From positions 177,698 through 241,697 of the forward strand of contig JBPOIT010000005.1 in NCBI GenBank assembly GCA_052034235.1: a stretch of 64,000 nucleotides of DNA, written 5' to 3'. The DNA is from Candidatus Levyibacteriota bacterium. Lineage in GTDB: Bacteria; Patescibacteriota; Microgenomatia; Levybacterales; UBA12049. A program made the translations under genes and the position numbers. This document shows, piece by piece, positions 28,685 through 37,953 of this stretch; within the stretch, counting starts at the first letter, position 1; the number at the start of each line of letters is the position of its first letter. The notes below the pieces were generated by a model that was not told the DNA's origin, did no database searches, and was given only the letters and a program-made list of their open reading frames with translations.

Positions 28685-29077
28685 CTACAAACGTAAAATT
28701 GACTCTAGTTCTTTTGATTCATCATTTAAATCAAGTTCATGTCCTTTTTGTTCAATCTCATCAATTGAAAGGGCTATTTTTGTGACGATACTGTCTATCA
28801 TTTGCAGTGTGGCTACTTTAAAACTTAAATTTCCTTCCATTTTTGCTTTAAATATCTTTTCTATCGCAAATGAAGTTGAACCTGTCGTTGAAAAACCCAT
28901 CAAGAGACTTTGACTTGCAAGCGAATGAGATGCCAAATGCACGACATTAACAGCATCAGCGTTGTCGTCTCCCGTGAGAAGCTTACTGAGATTTGCCTGC
29001 ATATCCCTAACGTAAGCCCGTGCTGTTTGGACATAAAGCGTCCTGTATTTGAGTTTGTCTACCTCTTCCATAGTCAC
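28685..29077 (-). CDS. Stand-alone histidine phosphotransfer (HPt) protein
   Basis: Helical 130-aa protein with VHLASHSLASQS..MGF, resembling the HPt H-x-L-K-G/S-x-S motif. Confidence 0.72.
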   Translation of the reverse strand: MTMEEVDKLKYRTLYVQTARAYVRDMQANLSKLLTGDDNADAVNVVHLASHSLASQSLLMGFSTTGSTSFAIEKIFKAKMEGNLSFKVATLQMIDSIVTKIALSIDEIEQKGHELDLNDESKELESILRL

Positions 29078-29184
29078 TAATTACTATACTTAGGAACTCC
29101 TGTTATGTCAATGCAATCATTAAATAATTATGTATCAGTAAAGCATACTTGTGTTTTTATGGCATTCAAACACATAATAGATGT

Positions 29185-31401
29185 ATGTCCGGAAAATTTT
29201 CCTCGGTTCTGTTGTTGCATCAAATAGATAAAGAAGATGTCGAAGAAGTAGGCAAAAAAGCTGCCTCACTTGGTGAAATGATGCAAGCTGGTTTTCCTGT
29301 ACCTCCTGGATTTATTGTCACCAATCACGCGTTTCAGCACTTCCTGCACGAAAATAATCTGCCAACCCGCATAAACGCATTGTTATCAACCGTAAATTAC
29401 GAAGATATGACATCTCTCATGCAAATTTCAGGATATATAAAAAAACTTATCATGCAGGGACATCTGTCTTCGGAACTTATAAAAGACATTAGTACTGAAT
29501 ATGACAAAATGGGCGGACTTTTTCGCCACGCAACTGTTAGTGTCAGTTTGTCTCAGCACGATGATGAAAAGCAGCATGCAATTCTTAATGTAAAAGGTGA
29601 CACAAATGTCATCCTCAAAGTTCGTGAAGCCTGGGCATCACTCTTTTTACCGGCTGAACTTCAGGCAAAACATCGTGCGGGACAAGAGCATTTTCAAACA
29701 AACACAACAGTTATTGTGCAAAAAATGATTCTGCCTGAGGTTTCAGGTATTATTTTGACGCAAAACCCCGTTAATCACGATCGTAACACCATGCTTGTTG
29801 AAGCTGTTTATGGATTTTCGCATCATAGTGTACTCCCAGACCAATATGAAGTAACCAAACAAGACTGCACCATTGGCGCCAAAAAGATCCGAACACAGGA
29901 AACAATGCTCGTGTTAAATGATGGACAAATGAAACAAACTCCTGTACCTAAAAAGTTTATAGAAGTGCAAAAATTACCTGATAATAAAATTCTTGATCTT
30001 GCGATCATGGGTAAAAAATTGGAAAAACATTCCTATTTTCCGCAACTTATTACCTGGGCAATTGAAAAAAACAAAATCTATTTCATAAGAACTAGACAAC
30101 TTGACCTATCACCACATACCAAACACGCTCAGTTGCACGCGACTCCATCTCGTTACCTTCCGCTACTCTTAAAAGCAACACCTGGGTCCCCAGGTCTTAA
30201 AAAAGGTCCGGTCCGAGTGATTCGACATGCAAAAGAACTTGTTTATGTCCATCACGGCGATGTGCTTGTGACGACGCACACTAGTGCTGAATTTGTCCCT
30301 TATCTCAAAAAAGCAGCCGCAGTTATCACAGAAGAAGCAGGAAGAGTTTCAACCGCGGCACATGTTTCACGCGAACTTGGAATTCCAGCAATTATCGGTG
30401 CCGATCGAGCGATGACAATTCTGCATTCGGGTGCAATTGTAACAGTTAATGGAACAACCGGAGAAGTATTTGGAGGATCAGTGCAAGCACAACCGCACAA
30501 CGGCATTAGTACAGCAACGAAATTGTATGCAACGATCACCGACACCACACACGCCGCAGCAATAGCGCATGAACATATTGAAGGCATAGGTGCATTTCAT
30601 TCAGATTTGCTGCTCAAAGATATCGGTGTTCATCCACAAAAACTCTTTAGCCATGGATCAGAAAAAATATTTGGAGATAAACTTAGAGTGCAGCTTGAGA
30701 CAGTTTGCAAAGCATTTGCGCCGCGACCAGTTGTGTACAGCTTTACTGATCTCTTAACAACGCAGCTGAAACAGCTCGACGGTGGAAAACTATACGAACC
30801 AACCGAAACCAATCCTCTCATTGGTTTCCACGGTGCGTATCGTATAACGCATCAACCGAGACTATTTGCAATGGAACTTCAAGTAGTGAGACTGATCAGA
30901 AATAACTGCAATAATATATGGCTTTCAGTCCCCTTCATCAGAACGCGGAGGGAACTTGAGGAAATCAAACGGCTCATGACTGCTGCAGGTTTGCATCGAA
31001 CTCCGACGCTCAAACTCTGGATGAATGTCTCAACTCCTGCCAATCTCATCTCGCTTGATTCATACATTATGGACGGGATCGACGGCATTATGATTGATTT
31101 GGATACGGTGATTTCGCTGCTTTTGGGTGTTGATAAAAATAATAGTGAAGTGCTTAAAGAATTTAATCCGCATGATCCGGCTGTTCTCTGGATTTTGGAG
31201 CAAGCAATTAAGATCTGCCACAAACATCACACACCGGTTTCAGTAACAGGAAAAACCGCATCACAATTCCCGGCACTTATCGAAAAACTCGTCCATTGGG
31301 GCGTCACCAGCATCAGTGTCGAGCCAAACGCAATTCATACAGTCCGCAAACAAATCCAAGAAGCCGAAAAGTCCCGAATAGAAAACGCTGGAAAAAATTA
31401 A
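29185..31401 (+). CDS. PEP synthase (PpsA)-like protein with degenerate catalytic motifs
   Basis: VGKKAASLGEM..AGFPVPPGF, ETNPLIGFHGA, three-domain layout. Phospho-His replaced (STAAH). Start moved to ATG 29185. Confidence 0.8.
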   Translation: MSGKFSSVLLLHQIDKEDVEEVGKKAASLGEMMQAGFPVPPGFIVTNHAFQHFLHENNLPTRINALLSTVNYEDMTSLMQISGYIKKLIMQGHLSSELIKDISTEYDKMGGLFRHATVSVSLSQHDDEKQHAILNVKGDTNVILKVREAWASLFLPAELQAKHRAGQEHFQTNTTVIVQKMILPEVSGIILTQNPVNHDRNTMLVEAVYGFSHHSVLPDQYEVTKQDCTIGAKKIRTQETMLVLNDGQMKQTPVPKKFIEVQKLPDNKILDLAIMGKKLEKHSYFPQLITWAIEKNKIYFIRTRQLDLSPHTKHAQLHATPSRYLPLLLKATPGSPGLKKGPVRVIRHAKELVYVHHGDVLVTTHTSAEFVPYLKKAAAVITEEAGRVSTAAHVSRELGIPAIIGADRAMTILHSGAIVTVNGTTGEVFGGSVQAQPHNGISTATKLYATITDTTHAAAIAHEHIEGIGAFHSDLLLKDIGVHPQKLFSHGSEKIFGDKLRVQLETVCKAFAPRPVVYSFTDLLTTQLKQLDGGKLYEPTETNPLIGFHGAYRITHQPRLFAMELQVVRLIRNNCNNIWLSVPFIRTRRELEEIKRLMTAAGLHRTPTLKLWMNVSTPANLISLDSYIMDGIDGIMIDLDTVISLLLGVDKNNSEVLKEFNPHDPAVLWILEQAIKICHKHHTPVSVTGKTASQFPALIEKLVHWGVTSISVEPNAIHTVRKQIQEAEKSRIENAGKN

Positions 31402-32187
31402 TTATTTAATAATTCTCTGACGAGACATAGTACTTAACACTAAAGCACGATCAATTTGTGGTCCAATAAATAAAGATCTTCTAAAATCATTATCATATTT
31501 TTTCCGGTAATGATCAATGCCATTAGTAAAATTTGCTCCAGCGCTACCAAAAAAAGTCGATAGTATAATCGAGGGAACTATATACTTAAATTCACCTACT
31601 CCTATCGCAAGAGAAGAACCCATAGCTACACTTACGAGTCCAACATACCCCATATCAAATTTGTCTTCAAGAGACAAGTTGAAAATAAGATGTTCTATTC
31701 CCTCTTGCACAATACCGTCTTTTATATCCTGATTGAGTTCTGTTGCCCACGCTTTAGGGTCTCGTATTCTTTGCTGTTTTCTGCCTATTCTATCAGCCAC
31801 ATCAGTAATATTTATAGGTAAAGTCACATCAACCCATCTACCTGCAAGATATGGAGATTGATCATTACTTGATGGTCGGCGTCTTTGTGAACCGCTCTTT
31901 AAAGTATGCTTATCAAATACACCTTCGGCAGTTGCTACTCCTTCACCAGCTACTCCAGAGATGATTGGCTGTTGACGATCCAATGGTCCTGAATGACCGG
32001 TTACCTGCAATCTATTTATTCCTCCCATGTTCATCATTCGATGAAGCCTGCGTAGATGAATGCCTATTCGTTCAGTTGGAACTATACCTGGTAGCTTTAA
32101 ATCAAACGTTACTCTTGGGGGTTGATCTATTAATGATGCACTTTCAATTTCCGCTAATGAATGAAATCCTCTTTCTACTTTTGCCAT
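31402..32187 (-). CDS. Hypothetical protein with C-terminal TM segments
   Basis: 261-aa ORF fills the gap; no motif recognised. Confidence 0.55.
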   Translation of the reverse strand: MAKVERGFHSLAEIESASLIDQPPRVTFDLKLPGIVPTERIGIHLRRLHRMMNMGGINRLQVTGHSGPLDRQQPIISGVAGEGVATAEGVFDKHTLKSGSQRRRPSSNDQSPYLAGRWVDVTLPINITDVADRIGRKQQRIRDPKAWATELNQDIKDGIVQEGIEHLIFNLSLEDKFDMGYVGLVSVAMGSSLAIGVGEFKYIVPSIILSTFFGSAGANFTNGIDHYRKKYDNDFRRSLFIGPQIDRALVLSTMSRQRIIK

Positions 32188-32238
32188 ATGTACAGTTGTA
32201 AATACTGCCTATTATAGCGTATACTAGTTTTCTGTTCT

Positions 32239-32865
32239 ATGGCATATCTAGTACTCGTTAGACACGGTGAATCGGTTTGGAATGCGCTTGGTCAGTGGAC
32301 CGGGTGGACTGATGTGGATTTGAGTGAAAAAGGCCACTCCGAGGCAAAAGAGGCTGGCAATCTCCTCAAAGATATTCATTTCGATTTTGCATATACTTCT
32401 GCACTGAAAAGAGCTCAACAAACCTTTGAAGAAATTAAACAAGTCCTCGGCCAACCAGATCTCACACCTACCGCTGATAAAGCGCTTGATGAGCGGGATT
32501 ATGGCGATTACACAGGCAAAAACAAATGGCAGGTAAAAGAGCAAGTTGGTGAAGAAGAATTCCAAAAACTCAGAAGAAGCTGGGATTATCCCCCACCAAA
32601 TGGAGAATCGCTTAAAATGGTTTACGATCGCGCAGTCCCGTATTACGAGCGAGAAATTTTGCCTAAACTCAAAGAAGGTAAAAATGTCATCATCGCTGCC
32701 CACGGTAACAGTCTCCGTGCTTTAAGCAAATATTTACAAAACATCCCGGATGACAAAATTGCATTACTAGAAATGCCCACCGGCCAACCATTTGTCTATC
32801 AAATAGATTCAGAAGGAAAAGTAACGTCAACCGAAGTCAGAGGTCAAAAAGAAAATACTGCTTAG
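32239..32865 (+). CDS. gpmA: 2,3-BPG-dependent phosphoglycerate mutase
   Basis: RHGES.WN, TGWTD, ERDYG, RRSWD, AHGNSLR. Confidence 0.93.
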   Translation: MAYLVLVRHGESVWNALGQWTGWTDVDLSEKGHSEAKEAGNLLKDIHFDFAYTSALKRAQQTFEEIKQVLGQPDLTPTADKALDERDYGDYTGKNKWQVKEQVGEEEFQKLRRSWDYPPPNGESLKMVYDRAVPYYEREILPKLKEGKNVIIAAHGNSLRALSKYLQNIPDDKIALLEMPTGQPFVYQIDSEGKVTSTEVRGQKENTA

Positions 32866-32872
32866 TTACAAT

Positions 32873-32895
32873 AAAAACAGTCGCTTGTAAGCGAC
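32873..32895. terminator. Hairpin downstream of gpmA
   Basis: GTCGCTT-GT-AAGCGAC with an A-run on the left (U-run on the minus strand). Confidence 0.45.
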
Positions 32896-33110
32896 CGTAA
32901 TTATCCTCAAATATGGGCAGTGTATTAATAATCTTTATTAAGGATTATTAATGTTATAAATAGATATTAAACCCCCAGCGTAACAACAATAAAAAAATTC
33001 CGTAAGAGCAACGTAACAGATGAGATTCTATTGAAAGTAGAGTACTGAAATACAATCTGAACAATAAGCCTATAGTTGCTGTTTCCCTAATAAAATGTTA
33101 TACTTTAATC

Positions 33111-33356
33111 ATGGCTCGATCTGAATTTTCAATTAGACCAACAAGAAGGGAACGTATCTTATTCGAAAAACCATGGACTCAATCTCCGCCTAAAAAACCT
33201 ACGGTGGCAGATTTACGGGCTTTGAGACTACAAGAGATTGCTAATGCAAAAACAAGTACTGCTGATCCTCATCGTATTCGTGGAAGACATCGTGCAGAAG
33301 AACCACCGAGAAAAACTGCTGCATTTGGTATTGAGCACCGAGGCAGAACCAGATAA
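33111..33356 (+). CDS. Small basic hypothetical protein
   Basis: 81-aa Arg-rich ORF preceded by TGtTATACT-N6-ATG. Confidence 0.55.
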   Translation: MARSEFSIRPTRRERILFEKPWTQSPPKKPTVADLRALRLQEIANAKTSTADPHRIRGRHRAEEPPRKTAAFGIEHRGRTR

Positions 33357-33379
33357 TTAGGTCATTCTCAAAAAGAATT

Positions 33380-34093
33380 CTAAATGTGTAATAAAATAAT
33401 AAACTCCCCTCTTGGCTCTGTTTTTTTGAAATGAGTTCTGGCTTCTGAGATTTTTTCTTGTCGAACCTCTTCATAGATTTTTGTGAGTTCTCTGGTTATG
33501 ACGATAGGGATGTCTCCTATGACTGATTGCATGTCTTCAAGCGTTCTGAGTAGTTTGTGCGGGGCTTCAAACATGACCACGGTGAATGTCGTGTGTTCGA
33601 GAGATTTTTTGAGGTTTTCGAAATAGGTTATTCTGTGGCCGGATTTATGTGGTGGATAGCCAGCGAAGAGAAATTTGTCTGTTGGGAGACCTGAGACAAC
33701 GAGCGATGTTATGACTGATGATGCACCTGGAAGTGCTTCGATTTTTAAGCCTTGTGCTCTGCATTCTCTCACAAGTTTGAATCCTGGATCTGATATGGCA
33801 GGTGTTCCAGCATCTGAAACGAGCGCTACATTCATATCAGACTGAAGCATGGCGATAATTTCAGGGATTCGCTGCAACTCATTCTGATCAAAATATGAAA
33901 GAAACCTCGGTTTTTGTTTTGGTTCATGTCCAGCAAGGGCTGTATACGGAGCGGTTATTTTCTCAAGCAAGAGCCCTGCACGTCTCGTATCTTCACACGC
34001 AATAACATCAACCTCAAACAGCGTCTTCACTGCCCGAAGTGTAATATCCTTCATGTTTCCAATTGGCGTCGCAACTAAATAAAGTGTACCCAT
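33380..34093 (-). CDS. rsmI: 16S rRNA C1402 2'-O-methyltransferase
   Basis: LYLVATPIGN, ACEDTR, VSDAGTP.ISDPG, RELTK.YEE. Confidence 0.95.
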   Translation of the reverse strand: MGTLYLVATPIGNMKDITLRAVKTLFEVDVIACEDTRRAGLLLEKITAPYTALAGHEPKQKPRFLSYFDQNELQRIPEIIAMLQSDMNVALVSDAGTPAISDPGFKLVRECRAQGLKIEALPGASSVITSLVVSGLPTDKFLFAGYPPHKSGHRITYFENLKKSLEHTTFTVVMFEAPHKLLRTLEDMQSVIGDIPIVITRELTKIYEEVRQEKISEARTHFKKTEPRGEFIILLHI

Positions 34094-34099
34094 ATTTAC

Positions 34100-34125
34100 A
34101 AAAAAACTGTTCCTAAAGAACAGTT
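34100..34125 (-). terminator. Hairpin plus U-tract between lexA and rsmI
   Basis: AACTGTTC-TTTAG-GAACAGTT followed by a T-run on the minus strand. Confidence 0.55.
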
Positions 34126-34157
34126 CTATAAGTTATTATACACTAAAGGTAACCAAA

Positions 34158-34784
34158 CTAATAACGTCTCACAAGTCCCACCACTCTCCCCTGAATTTTA
34201 AGGGTTTTGGGATAAATTGGATCCATGGTTGAATTCGCGGGTTTGAGAATTACTTGCTCGCCTTCTTTATAAAATTTCTTAAGCGTCGCGAGATTATCAT
34301 CAACGAGTGCGACCACTATTTCACCATTGGTTGCACGATCAACTTTTTCAATCACAACAAAATCCCCATCCATAATGCCATCCTCAATCATTGATTCACC
34401 TCTTACCTGCAAAACATATGCTGTTTTGGAACCTGTCAGCATACTAGCAGAAATTTGAAACGTTGCGTTCGGATCGGTATGCGGTTCAAGCGGTTTGCCT
34501 GCTGCGATATAACCCATAAGCGGTAACTCAATCGATGGCTCAGTACCCATAAAAGTTGAGATGACATTCTCATCTTTCACTTTCAACACACGCGCATTGC
34601 CGTCGACTTTCTGGACATATCCTTTATCGACAAGATTGCGGATAATAACGTGAACTGTTGAAACACTGCGGTGACCTGTTGCTCCTGCTATTTCGACGAG
34701 TGTTGGGGAATATCCATGTTTACTTTGGAACTGAACGAGGAACTCTAAAACTTGTCTTTCTTTTCGATAAAGTACTCCAGGCAT
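34158..34784 (-). CDS. lexA: SOS repressor LexA
   Basis: wHTH with GYSPT..EI, cleavage site AAG.P, catalytic Ser in GESM and Lys in ATLKK. Start placed at ATG 34784. Confidence 0.95.
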   Translation of the reverse strand: MPGVLYRKERQVLEFLVQFQSKHGYSPTLVEIAGATGHRSVSTVHVIIRNLVDKGYVQKVDGNARVLKVKDENVISTFMGTEPSIELPLMGYIAAGKPLEPHTDPNATFQISASMLTGSKTAYVLQVRGESMIEDGIMDGDFVVIEKVDRATNGEIVVALVDDNLATLKKFYKEGEQVILKPANSTMDPIYPKTLKIQGRVVGLVRRY

Positions 34785-34788
34785 TAAC

Positions 34789-34821
34789 AAAAAATATACG
34801 ACATTTCGCGTATTTTTTCAA
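34789..34821 (-). promoter_or_regulatory. lexA promoter overlapped by an imperfect inverted repeat
   Basis: TTGAAA-17-TATATT; AAAAAATATACG-N6-CGCGTATTTTTT. Confidence 0.55.
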
Positions 34822-34865
34822 TAAATCATTTTGATACAAAATAGGTCAACTTGCTATAGGTTATA

Positions 34866-35492
34866 TTAACGCCTTGCTACTTTTATCCCTCTAGCCTCAA
34901 CAACTTTAAGATTATCCAAACGAGGAATTCCTGGAGCAACAAAAACAACATATGCTGCATTATCCACATGCGCAATTCTTGCTCCGTCTTCATAACCTAT
35001 GGTATGCAATAAATTTACCATCATTCCACCATGTGTCCCTAATAAACTTGTCTCACCTTCGAGTGATGAACCATATAACTTAAAGAATTGGCCCCAACGA
35101 TCTTCCATCTGTTCGTCAGTCTCGGCTCCTGGCACTATTTGGTCTCGATATCTATCTTGATGTAACCGCCCATATAAAAAATGAACTATCTCTTTAGTAA
35201 CAGGAGCACCTTCAAGACTTGCGAAATGCCGCTCTCTCAACCATAAAGTTTGCTCTGGTACTTTTCCAGTCGCTAAGAATGCAGTCCTTGCAGCTCTTCG
35301 TCGATCTGAAGATAATACGCGAGTAATCGGTTGATAGGGTTCTAAATGTTCCCCTAGCTCAAGTGCCTCTTTTTCACCTTGTTCTACAAGCGCTACATTC
35401 CAACCTCCGGCAATCAATTTCTGTTCATTTGCGCGAGAACGTCCGTGTCGTCCAACTATCACTATTGTACCTGATTCAATTTTTGCACTCAT
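34866..35492 (-). CDS. Histidine phosphatase family protein
   Basis: RHG, SSD..RA..TA, LRE, THGG. Start placed at ATG 35492. Confidence 0.8.
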   Translation of the reverse strand: MSAKIESGTIVIVGRHGRSRANEQKLIAGGWNVALVEQGEKEALELGEHLEPYQPITRVLSSDRRRAARTAFLATGKVPEQTLWLRERHFASLEGAPVTKEIVHFLYGRLHQDRYRDQIVPGAETDEQMEDRWGQFFKLYGSSLEGETSLLGTHGGMMVNLLHTIGYEDGARIAHVDNAAYVVFVAPGIPRLDNLKVVEARGIKVARR

Positions 35493-35545
35493 TAGCCTGT
35501 AATTATACAAAAATGCAAATCTTACGTATAGTGTTAGGGTTTATA

Positions 35546-36451
35546 TTATTTTAATTTCAAAAGAAGATATCGAAACGGACCGAGGGTTGTATTCCAGGGA
35601 ATTTCTGACAAAACCATCAGAATTATTACTCTTGGTTCAAAAAAACTAAAGGCAAGACCAATCGCAAGTGCGTTGTTCATGTACGCTTTTGAAACTGCTA
35701 GTGCAATTTTTTCGTCCTTTTTACGCCAGAATGCGAGGTAATAACCTGCGATTAAATGAATTGTGAATATGAAGAAAAGCCAAAAGGTATCACTAATCAA
35801 ACTTGATAACGGCTGGCTGAGAATTTGTTGTGATTGGCTGGCAATGATGATATAGACCATCAATGTAATAAGAACAATGTTAGTAACACTGAAATATGTT
35901 TGTGTCCGTTTGATAAGTCCCTTTTTATATTTCCGAACGATTTGAGAGAAAATGAGCGGCAGAAAATTAATGAGAAGAAGTGTTTGTGCAAGTCCCCACA
36001 AATCAAGCTGAATAGTTTTTTGCGTGAGAAAAAAGAATAAAGCAACTACAGTAAAAGGCGCAATGATATACGATAAAAAAGTGACTGCGATACTGAGAGT
36101 CGTATTCCCTTTCATCAGATCAGTCAAAAACGGTGCAGCTGCGCCCGGAGGCATTGAACATAAGAGTAAGACGGAAATTGCCAAACTCGGATGCATAAAT
36201 GAAACTACTGCATATAAAACAGCAGGAATAAGAAGTAAATAAATACATAAAACATACGCAATAAATTTGGGCTGTTTGACATGGGATAAAATATCGAGAT
36301 AATCAATTTTTAAATACGTTAAAAACAAAATAACCATTAAGCTCGGAATAATAAGAAACGAAAGATCTTTACCTAAAAAGGGCGAAACCAAACCTAAAAC
36401 TAAAGCAATAATCAGGAGCAACCAAAATTTTTCTTCGATAAACTTCCTCAC
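35546..36451 (-). CDS. Bile acid:sodium symporter (BASS) family transporter, PanS-like candidate
   Basis: About 9-10 TM helices, SMPPG..A...T.LMKGN, YMNNALA. GTG start 36451 with TGcTACAAT-N6. Confidence 0.75.
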   Translation of the reverse strand: MRKFIEEKFWLLLIIALVLGLVSPFLGKDLSFLIIPSLMVILFLTYLKIDYLDILSHVKQPKFIAYVLCIYLLLIPAVLYAVVSFMHPSLAISVLLLCSMPPGAAAPFLTDLMKGNTTLSIAVTFLSYIIAPFTVVALFFFLTQKTIQLDLWGLAQTLLLINFLPLIFSQIVRKYKKGLIKRTQTYFSVTNIVLITLMVYIIIASQSQQILSQPLSSLISDTFWLFFIFTIHLIAGYYLAFWRKKDEKIALAVSKAYMNNALAIGLAFSFFEPRVIILMVLSEIPWNTTLGPFRYLLLKLK

Positions 36452-36497
36452 GCAACAATTGTAGCATAGGCTCAAAAAGCTGTGCTACAATGCTCAT

Positions 36498-37388
36498 ATG
36501 AAAATAACTCCGCTAAAGATAAATATGGTTCAGGAAATGCGTGCAATACGAACTTCATACACTGCTGCAACAACAGTCGGTTTTATTCCTACCATGGGTT
36601 ATTTGCATGAAGGGCATCTTTCACTTGTGCGAAAAGCCAGGAAGGAAAATGACGTTGTTATCGTGAGTATTTTTGTAAATCCAACACAATTTGGTCCGAA
36701 CGAAGATTTATCTCGCTATCCTCAGGATATTGAACGTGATACCGTATTACTTAAAGAAGTTGGTGTTGATATCGTTTTTACCCCAAACGCTGAATCGATG
36801 TATCCTGAGCGTTTTCAAACATACGTTGACCCACTGGGACTTCTCGTCACTGAAGTTGAAGGTGCTATTCGCCCTGGACACTTTCGCGGTATGGCTACAA
36901 TTGTGTTGAAATTGTTTAACATCATCAAACCTACAAATGTCTATTTCGGACAAAAAGACGCCCAGCAAGCACTTATTGTTGAAAAAATGATCACAGATCT
37001 TAATTTACCTATTACGTTCAACGTAGAACCCACAGTCCGCGAAAAAGATGGTTTGGCAATGAGCAGCCGTAATGTCTACTTAACTCCTGATGAAAGAAAA
37101 GCAGCAGCAGTGCTTTACAAAGCACTACAAAAAGGCAAAGAGATATTTGACAAAAATCTGGACAAAAATGTTGACATTGTGAGAGACGCAATAAGTGAGA
37201 TACTCGTTTCAGAGCCCCTTTTGAGCCTAGAATATATTGAAATTCGAAATCCTCAAACATTTGAAAAACAAAACAAACTTGCAGCTCCCTCCCTTATGTT
37301 GATTGCTGTTAAACTTGGAAAAACCCGACTCATAGATAACTTTTTACTCCAATCAAACGGAACCTGGAATACAGGAAGACTTGTCTAA
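36498..37388 (+). CDS. panC: Pantoate--beta-alanine ligase
   Basis: PTMGYLHEGH, SIFVNPTQF, RPGHF, FGQKDAQQ, GLAMSSRN, RLIDN. Confidence 0.96.
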   Translation: MKITPLKINMVQEMRAIRTSYTAATTVGFIPTMGYLHEGHLSLVRKARKENDVVIVSIFVNPTQFGPNEDLSRYPQDIERDTVLLKEVGVDIVFTPNAESMYPERFQTYVDPLGLLVTEVEGAIRPGHFRGMATIVLKLFNIIKPTNVYFGQKDAQQALIVEKMITDLNLPITFNVEPTVREKDGLAMSSRNVYLTPDERKAAAVLYKALQKGKEIFDKNLDKNVDIVRDAISEILVSEPLLSLEYIEIRNPQTFEKQNKLAAPSLMLIAVKLGKTRLIDNFLLQSNGTWNTGRLV

Positions 37389-37417
37389 TCACGATATTTA
37401 TCGTAAACTCATCCAAT

Positions 37418-37909
37418 ATGCAATTTAATTGGCTCACACAATCTATATTCGCACTCACAACACTTTCAGTCATGTCCTTCTTAATTACCTTTCTGACAAG
37501 AAAGGGTGTACCTGTCTCATTTGTGATGCTTGGAATCGGGGTTATCTTTACCATTTTTTACTGCTATCACACATTTGTCGTCCTGCAATACAAAATACAG
37601 CCTTCGTTTAGCACGTTTGGCCTCCTTTTTGTTATTGGTATACTCAGTGTTGTTGGCAATCTTGCTTTGTTTCAGGCAGCAAATAACGCACCAAACCCTG
37701 GACTTGCAATAGCAATTGGCGCAGGCCTCCAATCAGGAGTCATTGCGATTCTGGCATTTTTTATCTTGAAAGACAAACTCACGACCATGCAAATTCTCGG
37801 CCTTGTCCTCAGCATCGCCGCCGTCCTTATGATTACACTTGGAGGAAACAAAGCAGAGAAAAAAACTTCTGCAGTAAAAGACACAAAGACGGTAACAGCT
37901 TCAAAATAA
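37418..37909 (+). CDS. EamA/DMT-like small membrane transporter
   Basis: Five TM helices, LAFFILKDKLT..QILG. Confidence 0.65.
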   Translation: MQFNWLTQSIFALTTLSVMSFLITFLTRKGVPVSFVMLGIGVIFTIFYCYHTFVVLQYKIQPSFSTFGLLFVIGILSVVGNLALFQAANNAPNPGLAIAIGAGLQSGVIAILAFFILKDKLTTMQILGLVLSIAAVLMITLGGNKAEKKTSAVKDTKTVTASK

Positions 37910-37953
37910 CCGCTCAACAATAAATATCTAATCGTCTGTGCTACAATGCTTTT

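Noticed and set aside
32896-33090. Possible small gene or ncRNA in the AT-rich gap after gpmA
   Set aside because: No convincing ORF or stable structure found by eye.
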